Origin: a virus
Lineage: Duplodnaviria; Heunggongvirae; Uroviricota; Caudoviricetes
Length of the DNA: 64,000 nt
Reading direction: 5' to 3' (one strand)
Virus record (IMG/VR): IMGVR_UViG_3300031998_000026
Coordinates: 51,528 to 115,527 of that record
Shown: positions 18,972 through 29,923 of the stretch, in pieces
How positions within the stretch are numbered: position 1 is the first letter of the stretch
How the letters are laid out: each line of letters starts with the position of its first letter
Made by a program: the position numbers and the translations under genes
Notes under the pieces: generated by a model
Databases searched by the model: none
Told to the model about the DNA's origin: nothing
Seen by the model: the letters and a program-made list of their open reading frames with translations, nothing else

Positions 18972-19227
18972 TCTGGTTTACGAGGAGATGCCCGGCGGCG
19001 GGCGCAAGGAGCGGGTGTACGAGAGGTACATACCGATAGTCGAGGAGTTCGAGCGGTCGCTGCAGCCGACGGCCAGGGTGCGCGACGACGTGAGCCAGGC
19101 GGCGCTCGTCGGCAGGCTGAGGTCAGCCATAGCGCACTCGGACGCGAGGGGCGTCGTCGGGGTGAAGGTGAGCGGCAGGAGGACGTACCTCAAGAGGATC
19201 GACTCGATAGGGGGTGTCGCGCGATGA
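18964..19227 (+). CDS. Hypothetical protein
   Basis: 87 aa starting MADLVYEEM. Confidence 0.4.
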   Translation: MADLVYEEMPGGGRKERVYERYIPIVEEFERSLQPTARVRDDVSQAALVGRLRSAIAHSDARGVVGVKVSGRRTYLKRIDSIGGVAR

Positions 19228-20306
19228 GGTTCACGATATCGCAGCCGACGCTGCTCAGGTCGCTCTCGACGGTCTCGAGGGGAATGGCGTCGAACCCCGA
19301 CAACCCGATGCTCGGCGGGGTGCTCGTCGTCGCCTCAGACGGCATGGTCGAGATGCAGGCGACGGACTCGAACGTCTCCGTCAGGCACGTCGCGCCCGCT
19401 GCCGTGGAGGAGGAGGGCGCCACGGTGCTCTCCGGCAAGCTGCTCGCGAACATGGCGAAGGGGATGCCCGACGAGGCCGTGACGTTCGAGACGAGGGGGC
19501 CGCGCGTGTCGGTCGAGTGCGCGAGGTCGAGGACGCTGCTGAACCCGCTCGACCCGGCGCTTTTCCCGAGGTTCCCGGAGGTCACGCCGACGAGCGGGGC
19601 GAGGCTCCCGGCGGACGTGCTGTCCGAGATGGTGTCGAGGGTGCACAGGATGACGTCGCGGGACAACTCGCGCCCGACCCTCTCCGGCGTGCTTCTGCGG
19701 GTCGGCGACGGGAGCCTCACGGTCGCGGCTACCGACACCTACAGGATAGGCGTGTGCACGGCCCCGTGCGACGGCGGGCCGTTCGAGGCTATCGTGCCGG
19801 GGCAGAGGCTCAACGACGCGCTGAGGGACGCGGCCGGGGAGGTCGTCGTCGGCATGTCCGAGAGCCAGGTCAGCGTGGCATGCGGACAGTCGACCACCGT
19901 CATGCGAAGGGTCGAGGGCACGTTCCCGAACTACGGCGCGGTCATCCCCGCGTCGTTCGGCACCACGGTGACGCTCGACGCGGGCGAGCTCGCGGACGCG
20001 GTGAGGAGGGTGGCCCTCGTCGCTGACGCGAACCCGGCGGTCACGATGCGCGTCTCGGGCGAGCTCCCCGTGGAGGTGACGCTCATGGCTACGTCGCAGG
20101 AGCGCGGCGAGGCGAGCGAGAGCGTGCCGGCCGACACGGAGGGCGTCGACGTGACCGTGCACATGAACCACAGGTACCTGCTCGACGGCATCGGCCACAT
20201 GTCCGGCGGCGTCAGGTGCGGGATAGCGGGCCCGCTGTCGCCGCTTGCGTTCGAGTCCGACGACGGCATCGACTTCACGTTCCTGCTGATGCCGATAAGG
20301 GGGTAG
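19224..20306 (+). CDS. dnaN: DNA polymerase III beta sliding clamp
   Basis: 360 aa; three-domain clamp with LSGVLLRVGDGSLTVAATDTYRIG and MLGGVLVVASDGMVEMQATDSNVSVRH. Confidence 0.8.
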   Translation: MRFTISQPTLLRSLSTVSRGMASNPDNPMLGGVLVVASDGMVEMQATDSNVSVRHVAPAAVEEEGATVLSGKLLANMAKGMPDEAVTFETRGPRVSVECARSRTLLNPLDPALFPRFPEVTPTSGARLPADVLSEMVSRVHRMTSRDNSRPTLSGVLLRVGDGSLTVAATDTYRIGVCTAPCDGGPFEAIVPGQRLNDALRDAAGEVVVGMSESQVSVACGQSTTVMRRVEGTFPNYGAVIPASFGTTVTLDAGELADAVRRVALVADANPAVTMRVSGELPVEVTLMATSQERGEASESVPADTEGVDVTVHMNHRYLLDGIGHMSGGVRCGIAGPLSPLAFESDDGIDFTFLLMPIRG

Positions 20307-20308
20307 CG

Positions 20309-20485
20309 ATGCGCACCGAGAGGGATCGCGAGTACGCGTGGCGCATGAGCAAGGGCGGCATGTCCCACAAGGAGATAGCCGACATGCTCGGCTACCCGAT
20401 AACGACGGTGAGGAACTGGATATCGCTCGGCAACAGGTTCACGCGCGAGGCGATGGACAGGCTCAACAAGGGGAGGCAGGCATGA
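20309..20485 (+). CDS. Small HTH DNA-binding protein
   Basis: MSHKEIADMLGYPITTVRNWISLG. Confidence 0.5.
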   Translation: MRTERDREYAWRMSKGGMSHKEIADMLGYPITTVRNWISLGNRFTREAMDRLNKGRQA

Positions 20486-20589
20486 TTGAAGGTGACGAGC
20501 AGACGGCGGCTGCGATCGTAAGCGCCGCGATTGCGGCGTTCGCGTTCACGGCGATAGTGGCGGTGGTGACATGGGTGTTCCTGGGCTGA
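20482..20589 (+). CDS. Small hydrophobic peptide (35 aa)
   Basis: MIEGDEQTAAAIVSAAIAAFAFTAIVAVVTWVFLG, single TM helix. Confidence 0.3.
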   Translation: MIEGDEQTAAAIVSAAIAAFAFTAIVAVVTWVFLG

Positions 20590-20768
20590 GAAAGAGGGCG
20601 GTGCGCGAGGTGCGCACGTACGGGGCAGTTGGGCGCTGCACGTGCTCGCTGTGCCACTGGCGAATCGACGCGATAGACGCCTACTGCCGCAGGTGCGGCG
20701 CGGAGCTAGTCAGGACGGAATACGTGGAGGTGGGCAAGCATGGACGAGGCAGCGAGGGACAGGCATGA
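20571..20768 (+). CDS. Small Zn-ribbon protein
   Basis: CxxC...CxxC pairs. Confidence 0.35.
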   Translation: MGVPGLRKRAVREVRTYGAVGRCTCSLCHWRIDAIDAYCRRCGAELVRTEYVEVGKHGRGSEGQA

Positions 20769-20945
20769 CACGTGCGTACATTCCGAGGCGTGCGACCGCG
20801 CCTACATGATGCTTGTGCGTTGGTATGAGAGCCAGTCAGAATGGACTCCAAATCGACCTTCTCTGGACTGCGACGGATGCGACGCCTACGACTCGCAGCA
20901 CTGCCCGATGTCCTACTCGGGGACGATGCGGTGCAGGGGGCTGGC

Positions 20946-21152
20946 ATGAGGAGCATAGGCAAAGACCCGTACTATACGCCGCCGTGCCAGTGGGAGATGG
21001 CGCGCGTGGGCACGGACATGTACCAGATCGCCACCTACTGCCCGTACTGCGGCCACCACGGGCGCGACCAGATAACGCAGTATCGCGGCATATGGCTACG
21101 CCTGAAGTGCCGGAAGTGCGGCACGACGTACGAGGTGCATGGAAGAGGCTAG
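20946..21152 (+). CDS. Small Zn-ribbon protein
   Basis: CPYCGHHG...CRKCG. Confidence 0.4.
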   Translation: MRSIGKDPYYTPPCQWEMARVGTDMYQIATYCPYCGHHGRDQITQYRGIWLRLKCRKCGTTYEVHGRG

Positions 21153-21161
21153 GGGGAGAAG

Positions 21162-21599
21162 ATGCTGGATAGCATAGAGAGATTGCGCGATTGCGCGAAA
21201 AGACGCGCCATCACCGTGTCATTTGACAAGACGGAACTGCTCGACCAACTGGACGCCATCGAGCGCGAGGTGGAGGAGAGGTACGTAGAGGGACCGACTG
21301 ACAAGAACGGCGACCCCATCACGTACCACACGATGACGCATCAGTGGGGTGCGCTGGAGTACATCTGCTGTGAGATGTATAAAGACGGCACCTACGAATG
21401 GTTCGTGCGCGGTCATGACATTTCGGCACCATTGGAGAAAGCCAAGCATGTGACGATAGTGAAACCGCCTACCGTCGAGGACGTGCTGAACGAGCTTTGC
21501 ACGAAGGCGTTCCACTCAAGGCAACCCGACGCGCACGTTCGATACAAGGATGTCATAGCGGAATACGCCAAGCGCCTGCAACTGAGGGAGGCGGAGTAG
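21162..21599 (+). CDS. Hypothetical protein
   Basis: 145 aa ORF. Confidence 0.45.
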   Translation: MLDSIERLRDCAKRRAITVSFDKTELLDQLDAIEREVEERYVEGPTDKNGDPITYHTMTHQWGALEYICCEMYKDGTYEWFVRGHDISAPLEKAKHVTIVKPPTVEDVLNELCTKAFHSRQPDAHVRYKDVIAEYAKRLQLREAE

Positions 21600-21794
21600 A
21601 TGCTGGTCAAGTCCATAACGTGCGGGTTGGACGAGGTGCACGTCAATCCGCACCAGATAGTCGACGCATGGGAGTATGACGGCAGGTACAAGTTTCGCCT
21701 GAGCAACGACATATACGTGTACGAGACGGACCGCGAGTCATATGACCGCATAGTGGCGTGGATGGAGCGGCAAGAGAGATTGGAGACTTTCTAA
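21600..21794 (+). CDS. Hypothetical protein
   Basis: 64 aa ORF; ATG overlaps the upstream stop. Confidence 0.4.
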   Translation: MLVKSITCGLDEVHVNPHQIVDAWEYDGRYKFRLSNDIYVYETDRESYDRIVAWMERQERLETF

Positions 21795-22225
21795 TGGGTG
21801 GACTGTATAACATGCTATTCGGATGGAATCCCTCGTGTGTGTTGCTGGCACCGATGCTCACCGAAGAGAACCCGCAAACCTTCTTCCCGAGGTTTCGGGA
21901 CTGCTACCTCAGCGGTGACCGCGAGCACATCGAGATTTACACGAGGGTCGGCGGCGGAAACCGAGAGGAATACGCCGACGAGATAGAGGACTTGCGTTCG
22001 ATGCCGACATACGTATCGGACGAGGACGACGACTTCGACTGCACGTATGCCACGTTCACGTTCGAGGTGCCAGAGGAGTGGCGGGCTGACTTCGAGCACG
22101 TCAAGGCGCGAGAGTTCGGCGAGCTGTCGGATGCCTACGTCGAACGCATGCAGACGTGCTACCCCAAGCTGGACATAAGGGGGATGCTCGACAGCGCGGT
22201 GGAGAAGCTCAAGGGGGACGAATGA
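21794..22225 (+). CDS. Hypothetical protein
   Basis: 143 aa ORF. Confidence 0.45.
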   Translation: MGGLYNMLFGWNPSCVLLAPMLTEENPQTFFPRFRDCYLSGDREHIEIYTRVGGGNREEYADEIEDLRSMPTYVSDEDDDFDCTYATFTFEVPEEWRADFEHVKAREFGELSDAYVERMQTCYPKLDIRGMLDSAVEKLKGDE

Positions 22226-22416
22226 GCGACACACAGGAAATCATACGGTGTCGCGACTGCCAGTACGGCTACCAGCACGACTGCAAGCGATATCCGAAGG
22301 ACAAGAGATATATGGGCCAATGGTACTGCATCGTGTGGGGCGACGGGATGCAGGGCGAGTGGACTAAGGCGGACGGCTACTGCCATCGTGCGAAGAGGAG
22401 AGAGGGGCAACGATGA
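22222..22416 (+). CDS. Small Cys-rich protein
   Basis: CRDCQYGYQHDCKRYP. Confidence 0.4.
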   Translation: MSDTQEIIRCRDCQYGYQHDCKRYPKDKRYMGQWYCIVWGDGMQGEWTKADGYCHRAKRREGQR

Positions 22417-22883
22417 AGAGCCAATACACAAGCATGTACCCGACCGTCGAGGTCAAACGCCTTAACCCAGACGCGCCGATGCCCAAGTTCGCGCGGGACG
22501 GTGACGCGGGCTGCGACCTGTGCTGCATGGATGCGGTAATCATCCAGCCACACCAGACGGTACGGGTGCACAGCGGCATATCGGTTGCCATACCGCGCGG
22601 CTTCGAGGGGACGCTGCGACCGCGAAGCGGCATGGCGTCCAAGCGCGGGATAACCCTCGCGAACGCGCCGTCGACCATCGACAGCAACTATCGCGGCGAG
22701 GTGCTGCTGCCGCTGCACAACATGACCGACGAGACGGTGCGAGTCGAGGCGGGCGAGCGCGTGTGCCAACTGCTGGTAAAGCTGCAACCCGAGCCGAACT
22801 TCGTGGAGGTGGACGAGTTCACCGACGCAGACACCAACAGGGGAGACTCTGGCTTCGGCTCAAGCGGGTACGGGAGGCTGTGA
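22413..22883 (+). CDS. dut: dUTP diphosphatase
   Basis: Motifs AGCDLC, RSGMASKRGITLANAPSTIDSNYRGEV, and C-terminal RGDSGFGSSG. Confidence 0.85.
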   Translation: MKSQYTSMYPTVEVKRLNPDAPMPKFARDGDAGCDLCCMDAVIIQPHQTVRVHSGISVAIPRGFEGTLRPRSGMASKRGITLANAPSTIDSNYRGEVLLPLHNMTDETVRVEAGERVCQLLVKLQPEPNFVEVDEFTDADTNRGDSGFGSSGYGRL

Positions 22884-23443
22884 TGGGCAATCTAACGTAC
22901 GAACTTCCAACGTACGAACTACGAGCCAGATTGGACAAGCTGGGCGTGGAGTGGACGTATGCAAACGGAACGGTAAGGTTCAACGACGGCAGGCGCTGGT
23001 TCCGCGCATGGGCGTACAACGATGACTTGCTATGCGTTTCGATGGGCTACCTCACCCCCGAGCAGGCAATCGCCGCGACGGTGGGCAACGCACGAGAACC
23101 TTCCGATTCCGTTATAGAGCGCATAGAGCGATTCTGCACTGACTATGCGCAATGTCTGATAAACTCCACGATTCTCAGCAAGCGCAATCACGAGTTCGTA
23201 GACCGAAGGGCGGCGGAGAAAGCCGAGGTCGTGGAAGCCGATTTGATACGCGAGCTTGCCGAGGACATAGCGACGGTGGGCGCGGGGACGTGCAACATGG
23301 AGCCAGACGGCTACTACGGAGAGCAATACGGAATCTACAAGTGCTCCAACTGCGGCGAGCTGTGGCAGTTCGACTGCGACGGCCCGAAGGAGCACGGCTG
23401 GACGTGCTGCCCGAAGTGCCAAGCGATAATCAAGGAGGACTAG
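22883..23443 (+). CDS. Hypothetical protein with C-terminal Zn ribbon
   Basis: CSNCG...CCPKC. Confidence 0.45.
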   Translation: MGNLTYELPTYELRARLDKLGVEWTYANGTVRFNDGRRWFRAWAYNDDLLCVSMGYLTPEQAIAATVGNAREPSDSVIERIERFCTDYAQCLINSTILSKRNHEFVDRRAAEKAEVVEADLIRELAEDIATVGAGTCNMEPDGYYGEQYGIYKCSNCGELWQFDCDGPKEHGWTCCPKCQAIIKED

Positions 23444-23445
23444 AC

Positions 23446-24054
23446 ATGGCGACAGCCGACATGCCGACCCCAGCGTGCGACGGCATGAACCGAACTGAGA
23501 TTACCGCGTTGCTGGACTCTGAGCTTATACGTATGAGACTTACCCGAAGGAACGCATACAGCTATTGGGCGCATGAGGTATGGCTCGACAGATACACGGA
23601 ACACGAGAAGCGGGTTGACTTCGTGGAGTTCCTGCCCAAGGGAGGTGTCACGTACAGTGACGCACCGTACATAGAACACGGCACGTTCTCGTTCTATGAG
23701 GTAAAGAGCTGCATGTCCGACCTCAAGAGCGGCCACGGCCTGAACTTTGACGGAGATGAGAACTGGCTGGTTATGCCAGTGGAGATGTTCGAGCCGTACA
23801 AGAATGAGGTAATTGATAACCCGAACGGGTACGTCGCACAACGCACGACACGCTCTAGGTGCCTTTTGTATGGCATCGGGAAGAACGGCAGGCCGACGTT
23901 CTGGGAACAGCCGAGGAAATGGAGTAACAACTGGTCGTGCCGCAAGAGAAGTGCGTCCGAGCTGCTGTTCGCCATGATGCGGGCGATGATAGCGAACTCA
24001 GACCACTCAAACGTCAACCATCAGGTAAGAAGAGCCAAGGAGGAATCCGAATGA
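23446..24054 (+). CDS. Hypothetical protein, possible PD-(D/E)xK-fold nuclease
   Basis: VDFVEF...FYEVKSC resembles the D/ExK core; weak. Confidence 0.35.
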   Translation: MATADMPTPACDGMNRTEITALLDSELIRMRLTRRNAYSYWAHEVWLDRYTEHEKRVDFVEFLPKGGVTYSDAPYIEHGTFSFYEVKSCMSDLKSGHGLNFDGDENWLVMPVEMFEPYKNEVIDNPNGYVAQRTTRSRCLLYGIGKNGRPTFWEQPRKWSNNWSCRKRSASELLFAMMRAMIANSDHSNVNHQVRRAKEESE

Positions 24055-24215
24055 ACGCGACAATCGAACAGCTGGAAACCCTGCGCACCCCACTCGCGAC
24101 CATCACGCCCGTTGTGTGGCGCGACGGTGACATGTGCGGGCTGGCGAGCGTGAGGGTCACTCCGACATGTCCGCTGGCGCGGCTGCTGGGAGCGATTGCG
24201 AGGGCAGTCGCATGA
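24051..24215 (+). CDS. Hypothetical small protein
   Basis: 54 aa. Confidence 0.3.
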   Translation: MNATIEQLETLRTPLATITPVVWRDGDMCGLASVRVTPTCPLARLLGAIARAVA

Positions 24216-24448
24216 CCGACGAGCAACGCGCCAAGCGAATCCACCATCACATGTATGAGACCTGCGAAGGCATCGCCGAGCACGCAGAGCGAATCGTGCG
24301 ACTTGAGGACGAGAACGAGAAGCTGCGAATCATTGTGTGCAATTGGTATCCGCACATGGTCAAGCGAGTCGGCATCGACGCCCTGACTCAGTGGGGGTAC
24401 ATGGACGTGCTTCGCGAGCTGGGAATCGAGGTGACCGAGAATGAATGA
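24212..24448 (+). CDS. Hypothetical small protein
   Basis: 78 aa. Confidence 0.4.
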   Translation: MTDEQRAKRIHHHMYETCEGIAEHAERIVRLEDENEKLRIIVCNWYPHMVKRVGIDALTQWGYMDVLRELGIEVTENE

Positions 24449-24821
24449 CTACAACAAAGGCGCACTGCCAGACCCATGTCTGAGGCTGGACTACGGATTC
24501 GGCGAGCAGTGGGCGTCGGTCGAGCTTGGCGACGGCACGGGATACGTCAGACTAGTCGACTATGAGAAGGCCGTGGCCGAGAACGCCAAACTGCGTCGAG
24601 CGTCAGAGCGGGATGCAGACGTCATGGAGTCGCTGAATCTATCGCTTGAGGAAGCACAGGCCGAGAACGACAAGCTGCGGGAGATGGTCGATGGGCTTAC
24701 ATGGTGCTGTGAGCATTACTCCTGTAGACAAGAGTGCCCGCTGTATGACGTGTCCGAGCCTGACCATTGCCGCGAAGTATCAATCAAGCGCGAGCTGGGA
24801 ATCGAGGTCGAAGATGACTGA
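24441..24821 (+). CDS. Hypothetical coiled-coil protein
   Basis: 126 aa. Confidence 0.4.
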   Translation: MNDYNKGALPDPCLRLDYGFGEQWASVELGDGTGYVRLVDYEKAVAENAKLRRASERDADVMESLNLSLEEAQAENDKLREMVDGLTWCCEHYSCRQECPLYDVSEPDHCREVSIKRELGIEVEDD

Positions 24822-25239
24822 CGCGAAATACCTCGGACTAACCACGAACCAGCTCGCCAAGATTGCCAGCGACCTCAAGGCAGAGAACAAGAAGCTGCGG
24901 AGGGAACTCGACTTCTACAAGGCGCAAGTCGAGCCTGTGGACGAAGACAATCGTCGGCTTAGGGAGAGATGGAAGGAGGCCTTGGCCGAGAACGGGAAGC
25001 TGCGGGACGCCATGTACGCAGACGCAAAGAGACACGGCCTGCAGCACATGGACGCCGACGAGCTGAGGGTATGGGCCACGAGGCAGGCGGAATTGATAGA
25101 CGCGCTGCGGAAGGTGGCAAAGGACATGTACCCGTCGTATTGCTATGCCAACGGCGGCAATGGCGAGACTTACCTGACCTACGAGCAAGACGCGGACATA
25201 CGTGACCGCGTGCGAGAGCTGGGGGTGCTGGACGAATGA
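24814..25239 (+). CDS. Hypothetical coiled-coil protein
   Basis: 141 aa. Confidence 0.4.
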   Translation: MTDAKYLGLTTNQLAKIASDLKAENKKLRRELDFYKAQVEPVDEDNRRLRERWKEALAENGKLRDAMYADAKRHGLQHMDADELRVWATRQAELIDALRKVAKDMYPSYCYANGGNGETYLTYEQDADIRDRVRELGVLDE

Positions 25240-25463
25240 GCACAGGCTTAATCGTTGCGGTCGTGACGCTTGTCATCGTGGCCGCGATATACATGGCCTA
25301 TACGATGGGCGAGATATCGGAGATGCGCCGAGCATTGGAGCGTATCGAGCGCAGGCAGAAGCTGAGCGACATACCCACGGAAAGGCGGCCAGACATAGAG
25401 GTGCTGCCGTATGAGTCAGTCACCCCACGCATAAATGCGGGGGCTTGCAATAGCCCCGACTGA
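25236..25463 (+). CDS. Small membrane protein with C-terminus replaced by the IscB-element insertion
   Basis: TM helix LIVAVVTLVIVAAIYMAY; the ORF reads into the element left end at ...EVLPYE|SVTPRINAG. Confidence 0.4.
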   Translation: MSTGLIVAVVTLVIVAAIYMAYTMGEISEMRRALERIERRQKLSDIPTERRPDIEVLPYESVTPRINAGACNSPD

Positions 25464-25647
25464 CCAGCCTGAGTGCTTCGGGCACTACGTTGTCCGCGTC
25501 ATGGCACCCCGAGATGCCTCCTCAGTCTCGGGCTCTGCCGCCCGTCATTAAACAGCCCGCAGGGGTGTGGGCAGTGTGGCGGGCACGACAAGCGCGGACA
25601 ACATTGGCGAGAGGAACATTACCGCCCTTCTGGGCGAGGAGGTATTT

Positions 25648-25650
<3 letters not shown>
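25414..25650 (+). ncRNA. IscB omega-RNA scaffold; the guide would be the roughly 16 nt 5' of the left end
   Basis: About 235 nt structured non-coding stretch directly upstream of and overlapping the iscB start, conserved in the iscB-less copy at 11167-11400. Confidence 0.55.
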
Positions 25651-26955
<1,305 letters not shown>

Positions 26956-26966
26956 GGTGAGGTCGC

Positions 26967-27302
26967 ATGAGTGACTGGAAGGCGGAGGCGCTCCGCCACA
27001 AGTACGACCCTTTGCCAGAGGAGCCGAAGCACAGGAAGAAGGCCAAGAAGAGGCATGTCCGAAGCGACCACAGGCACGATTACGAGGAAATCGCCATAGA
27101 CGCAGGCACATACACGTTTAGCAGGGGCGAGCGGCGCAAGAACTACCACAAGGGCATGCGATGCAGGATTTGCGGGAGGTTGCATAACGTGAGGTTTTGG
27201 GAGTGGCGTGAGGAGCCGCCAGAGGACATGCCGCTGTACGAGGTGGACGGCATCAAAGGACTGCTTGCCAAGGAGCTTGGCGAGGATAGGAGGGTGCGGT
27301 GA
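26967..27302 (+). CDS. Hypothetical protein
   Basis: 111 aa, basic. Confidence 0.4.
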   Translation: MSDWKAEALRHKYDPLPEEPKHRKKAKKRHVRSDHRHDYEEIAIDAGTYTFSRGERRKNYHKGMRCRICGRLHNVRFWEWREEPPEDMPLYEVDGIKGLLAKELGEDRRVR

Positions 27303-27931
27303 GTAAGGCGTCAATCATAAAGAAGAGCGTTCTTGCGGGCGTCCTGATTGCGATAGGAGCCTTGTTCTCTATTGCCGCAAGGCCATACGGAAGCGTCGTG
27401 CAAGGACTGTGCTTCTCGGTAGGCCTGTTCGCCGTTCTGTGCACGGGGGCGAGGCTGTTCACTGGCTCCATGCTCGCCATCGAGTCCGTGTGGCGCAAGG
27501 ACATGGGCATATCGGACGTTCTGGTCATGTGGGTGACCCTTTGGGCGATGAACCTGCTTGGAGCCGTCTGCGTGGCTCTCATGGCCTCACAGACGGGCTT
27601 CGACGCGACCGCCACGGCACAGTCGAAGGCGGCGCTCCCGTGGCACTCGGTGCTCATGCGGGCGGTGCTGTGCAACGTGCTGGTCTGCCTCGCGGTGTGG
27701 ACGTTCAGCCACGGCAAGCTCACGACAGTCAACGCGTTGGCCGCGTCGTTGCTTCCAGTCGCGTGCTTCGTGGCATGCGGCTTCGAGCATAGCGTTGCCG
27801 ACATGCTCTACCTGCCGCTTGGGATGATGCAGGGCGCGGTGTCGCTGACAGACTGCATGCGGGTGATTCTCACGGCGACGGCGGGCAACATGGTCGGTGG
27901 GATAGCGTTCGCTTGGATGGTAAGGGAATGA
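27299..27931 (+). CDS. Formate/nitrite transporter (FNT) family channel, short form
   Basis: Six predicted TM segments; FNT signatures ARLFTGS and ACGFEHSVADMLY. Confidence 0.6.
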   Translation: MSKASIIKKSVLAGVLIAIGALFSIAARPYGSVVQGLCFSVGLFAVLCTGARLFTGSMLAIESVWRKDMGISDVLVMWVTLWAMNLLGAVCVALMASQTGFDATATAQSKAALPWHSVLMRAVLCNVLVCLAVWTFSHGKLTTVNALAASLLPVACFVACGFEHSVADMLYLPLGMMQGAVSLTDCMRVILTATAGNMVGGIAFAWMVRE

Positions 27932-28137
27932 GTGACTACTACCTCTGCGACTACTGCGACAACCAACACGTCAAAGGAAACGCCTACGAGTGGCAAGAGA
28001 TGTGCGACGCGGGCGAAATCGAGCCGAAGGTCATGCACGACCACCACGGCATGGACGGCAAGAGATACGACGAGCCAACGTATGTATGCGAGCACTACGT
28101 AGCGAGGAGAGGTGAAGCATGTACGGAGAAAACCTAG
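27913..28137 (+). CDS. Small Cys-rich protein
   Basis: YLCDYCDNQH ... YVCEHYV. Confidence 0.35.
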   Translation: MDGKGMSDYYLCDYCDNQHVKGNAYEWQEMCDAGEIEPKVMHDHHGMDGKRYDEPTYVCEHYVARRGEACTEKT

Positions 28138-28457
28138 GGACAGGCACGCTCAAGAAGATGCTCGTCCGCATCGCGACTGCGATAAACAACGATGAGACGT
28201 ATCTCGGTGACACGATTGCGGAGGACTGCCGATACCTCATGGAGGGCGCGACCGTCCTGTGGCTGGCAGAAAAGGAAGAGGAACAGCCAGAGTGCCGCGC
28301 GGAGAGGACTCTGATGTACGAAGGTACGCCCTACGAGCGCTATGGGTACGTATGCGAGCACACGGGAGAGGAGTACGCGATGGGATGGATGCCAAGGCAT
28401 TGCCCAGAGTGTGGCGGGATGCTGGTGGTCACTGGCGAGGAGGTAGTCGATGGGTAA
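28119..28457 (+). CDS. Hypothetical protein with Zn ribbon
   Basis: CPECGG. Confidence 0.4.
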   Translation: MYGENLGTGTLKKMLVRIATAINNDETYLGDTIAEDCRYLMEGATVLWLAEKEEEQPECRAERTLMYEGTPYERYGYVCEHTGEEYAMGWMPRHCPECGGMLVVTGEEVVDG

Positions 28458-28758
28458 GGTTGCAGACCCACTGAGGGAACAGGTTGAGGAGATATTCAAA
28501 ATCATTGACCTCCCGCATTTCACCGATATAGACGAGAATCTTTGCACTGAGTTGCTTCGTATAGCCGACCAGATAGACCGCGAGCACGAGCGCCGCATGG
28601 AGCAATGCAGGCACGAGACGAAGAGGGCGTTTGCCAAGTATTTGCGGCAGATAACTGCGGAGTACGAGCGCGACCACAAGCGAAAGTCATGGGTGGCGCA
28701 GAATAAGATGCAGCTTGAGCTGGATGTGCTCAAGCATAAGGAGGGGATGGGACAATGA
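28450..28758 (+). CDS. Hypothetical protein
   Basis: 102 aa. Confidence 0.4.
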   Translation: MGKVADPLREQVEEIFKIIDLPHFTDIDENLCTELLRIADQIDREHERRMEQCRHETKRAFAKYLRQITAEYERDHKRKSWVAQNKMQLELDVLKHKEGMGQ

Positions 28759-28943
28759 CTACCATAACGCCGTATCAGGCACTTAGAGAGAACGAGTTCG
28801 CGGTGGTGACGCGCAACGAGCCGCGCCATGTGTACGACCTCTACCCGAGCAAGGACATAGCGTGCAGAATATGCAACGACCTCAACCGCAGGTACGGCGA
28901 CATGTACGAGGTTGCTGCGATAGACTTTGGAGAGACGGCATGA
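28755..28943 (+). CDS. Hypothetical small protein
   Basis: 62 aa. Confidence 0.35.
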   Translation: MTTITPYQALRENEFAVVTRNEPRHVYDLYPSKDIACRICNDLNRRYGDMYEVAAIDFGETA

Positions 28944-29230
28944 AGACAGCGACGTTCTACCCTACGCCTTACGGCTCCACGGACGCGGCGCACACATACA
29001 GTACGGCTCTATACGAGATAGAGAACGGGCTGAATGTGAGAACCACTCAGATGTGCCTGCTCAACTACGTAAAGGACTACGACTTAATACGTATCGTAAG
29101 CAATCCCACCGACGTCGTAGAGATCATAAACAACCACGACAAGACCTACGAGTGCGACCGAACGAAAAAGGAGCTTAGGGTTGGGCATAACTTCTTCAAG
29201 CTCTGGGAGAACGGGGAGTTTGACCTATGA
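28940..29230 (+). CDS. Hypothetical protein
   Basis: 96 aa. Confidence 0.4.
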   Translation: MKTATFYPTPYGSTDAAHTYSTALYEIENGLNVRTTQMCLLNYVKDYDLIRIVSNPTDVVEIINNHDKTYECDRTKKELRVGHNFFKLWENGEFDL

Positions 29231-29496
29231 GAAAGGCGGCTATAGCCACACTCGCCCTCGCATTGGCATTGTGCGGTTGCACAAGCGGCGAGAAGGGCGT
29301 GCAACGAACGGAGGGCAGCCCGAAGCCGGAACTGAGCCAGAGGTTCCTCTGCGACAGAGCATATGCCTTTGAGACGGTGGTAGACTCAAAGACGGGCGTC
29401 ACGTACCTGGTTGTGCGCAACGGCGACAACATCGGCATAACACCACTGCTCAATAGGAACGGTTACCCAGTCATAAGCGAGGAGGTGGGCGAGTGA
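29227..29496 (+). CDS. Putative lipoprotein
   Basis: Signal peptide MRKAAIATLALALALCGC with lipobox LALCGC. Confidence 0.55.
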   Translation: MRKAAIATLALALALCGCTSGEKGVQRTEGSPKPELSQRFLCDRAYAFETVVDSKTGVTYLVVRNGDNIGITPLLNRNGYPVISEEVGE

Positions 29497-29660
29497 TTAC
29501 GCTGGGGTCAGGCATCGTCGGCGTAGCTGGAATCGCCGCGTGCCTCTACATGACAGAGCATGGCTACGAGTGGTGGCAGGTAGCACTCATGGCGCTCTTC
29601 ACGCTATGCGTGATGCCGAGATTCAGCCTTAGCTACAGCCACAAGGAGGACGCAGAATGA
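29493..29660 (+). CDS. Small membrane peptide (55 aa)
   Basis: GTG overlapping the upstream stop; two hydrophobic helices. Confidence 0.3.
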   Translation: MITLGSGIVGVAGIAACLYMTEHGYEWWQVALMALFTLCVMPRFSLSYSHKEDAE

Positions 29661-29923
29661 CACGGGAGAACCAAGAGGCGCTGATACGGGCCTACAGGGC
29701 GGCGATAGAGGCGGGGCAAAGCGAGATAGCCGAGCTGTTGGAGAAATTGATATTAAGCGAGATGGGATCAAACGGCCCTGTGATGCGCGGAATCAAGATT
29801 GGCGATGGGGAGCAGCAAATCAAACCGCCTTGGAACGTGACGTGCGAGCCAGGTGTCACGCTGCTCGGCGCGAAGATGGAATGCACAGGAATCGACCATC
29901 TGAGCAAGGAGGCGACGGCATGA
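29657..29923 (+). CDS. Hypothetical protein
   Basis: 88 aa. Confidence 0.4.
   Translation: MTRENQEALIRAYRAAIEAGQSEIAELLEKLILSEMGSNGPVMRGIKIGDGEQQIKPPWNVTCEPGVTLLGAKMECTGIDHLSKEATA

Noticed and set aside
19214-20198. 270-aa plus and 287-aa minus ORFs
   Set aside because: Off-frame and antisense of the dnaN sliding-clamp gene.
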